NCBI RefSeq assembly: GCF_052425735.1
Contig: NC_135761.1
Location: 62,434,001-62,498,000, forward strand
Source: Oculina patagonica
Taxonomy: Eukaryota
Direction of reading: 5' to 3'
Length of the DNA stretch: 64,000 nucleotides
The notes beneath the pieces are model-generated. The model worked only from the letters and a program-made list of their open reading frames with translations. It searched no databases and was not told where the DNA came from. Of the stretch, positions 63,166 through 64,000 are shown in pieces; position 1 is the first letter of the stretch; the number at the start of each line of letters is the position of its first letter. Position numbers and translations under genes: made by a program.

Positions 63166-63959
63166 CTATAAACTACTCTTGGAATTGTTTAGAGTTTGCT
63201 GAAGAAAATACAAAATTTTCTGCCAGGAAATTTCCTGAGCAAATGCATGACACTTGGGCTCCCCACCCATGACCCAATGTTCCTTAAATACCTTCATGAA
63301 AGTGGCATGGCACAGTGGAGTATAAGGAGGTTCGATCAGATGCCCGGCACCTGGAAACCGCATAATGGTACAAAGAGACTCCTTACCCGCTGATTTCAGC
63401 TGCTCAGATATGTGACTTACTGTGAAATCAGTATCAATTAACAAATCATCTGTCCCATAAACAAGCAAAACTGGGCATGTGATTCTTTCTACGGGTGTCA
63501 CTGCGGACAACTCAGCAGAAGGGAGAGTGTACTCTTTTGCTGATGGCATGCAATATCTGAGAATGACCCCTTCATCTGTAGTTTTGATGTTTTTCGTTGA
63601 GTAACGGAAAACATTGGAGAGCTTTTCTTTATATTTGTAAGGTCTCCAAAGGGGACTATGCCATGGTGATATTGCCACCAATGCTTTGACGAGATCAGTC
63701 CTATAACTTGCAAGGAGGAGTCCAACCCACGCACCCATGCAGACTGAGTGAATGGCTATACCATTTGGTAAAACCTTGGGATGATGGTTAAGCCATTCTG
63801 CTGCCTCTTCAATATAATCAAGATCAATGTACTGTGGTGATGAGGGGAGATCATCAAAAGCAAAATAGGCCAGCGCTAGAGCTGCAAATCCATGAGAAGC
63901 TAACAGAGAGGCCTTGAATTCAACCAATCCTCCAGCACCACCAAGTAGATCTAAAACAC
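63166..63959 (-). CDS. Acyl-CoA thioesterase / bile acid-CoA:amino acid N-acyltransferase (ACOT/BAAT) family alpha/beta hydrolase, last exon (gene continues beyond the window)
   Basis: Acceptor TTTTATTGCAG|GTG at 63960/63959. Motifs GVLDLLGGAGGLVEFKASLLASHGFAALALAYF, nucleophile elbow HSVCMG, YGTDD and FPGAGHLIEPPY..C; C-terminus SKSSL*. Confidence 0.9.
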
Positions 63960-64000
63960 CTGCAATAAAACAAACCATGTTAAACTGCACATTCAACATG

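Overview
AT-rich, intron-containing animal genomic DNA; the repeat families and protein sequences suggest a cnidarian, probably a stony coral (inference). It holds five protein-coding loci, assembled by hand from GT-AG junctions and reading-frame continuity: (1) the last five exons of a soluble-type guanylyl cyclase with a degenerate, beta-like catalytic half (+, 521-3594); (2) a 17-exon RFX6-like transcription factor (-, 11499-35513, about 832 aa, 14.3-kb first intron, possible second first exon at 24040-24064); (3, 4) a tandem pair of uncharacterised two-exon multi-pass membrane proteins (-, 44735-46560 and 50462-52107) with Cys-rich N-termini, XK/Xkr-like intramembrane motifs and CaaX-like C-termini; (5) the last exon of an ACOT/BAAT-family enzyme with a BAAT-type Cys nucleophile (-, 63166-63959). 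The rest is non-autonomous mobile DNA: tRNA-derived SINEs with TSDs, TTAA/Kolobok-like elements (including a 4.2-kb nested one), TA-flanked MITEs, TAG..CTA mini-elements with 9-bp TSDs, a 2-kb foldback element with ~620-bp internally repetitive TIRs and a 6-bp TSD, a Myb/SANT transposon gene relic, and several local duplications. The strongest candidate for something undescribed is the membrane protein pair. No database searches were run.
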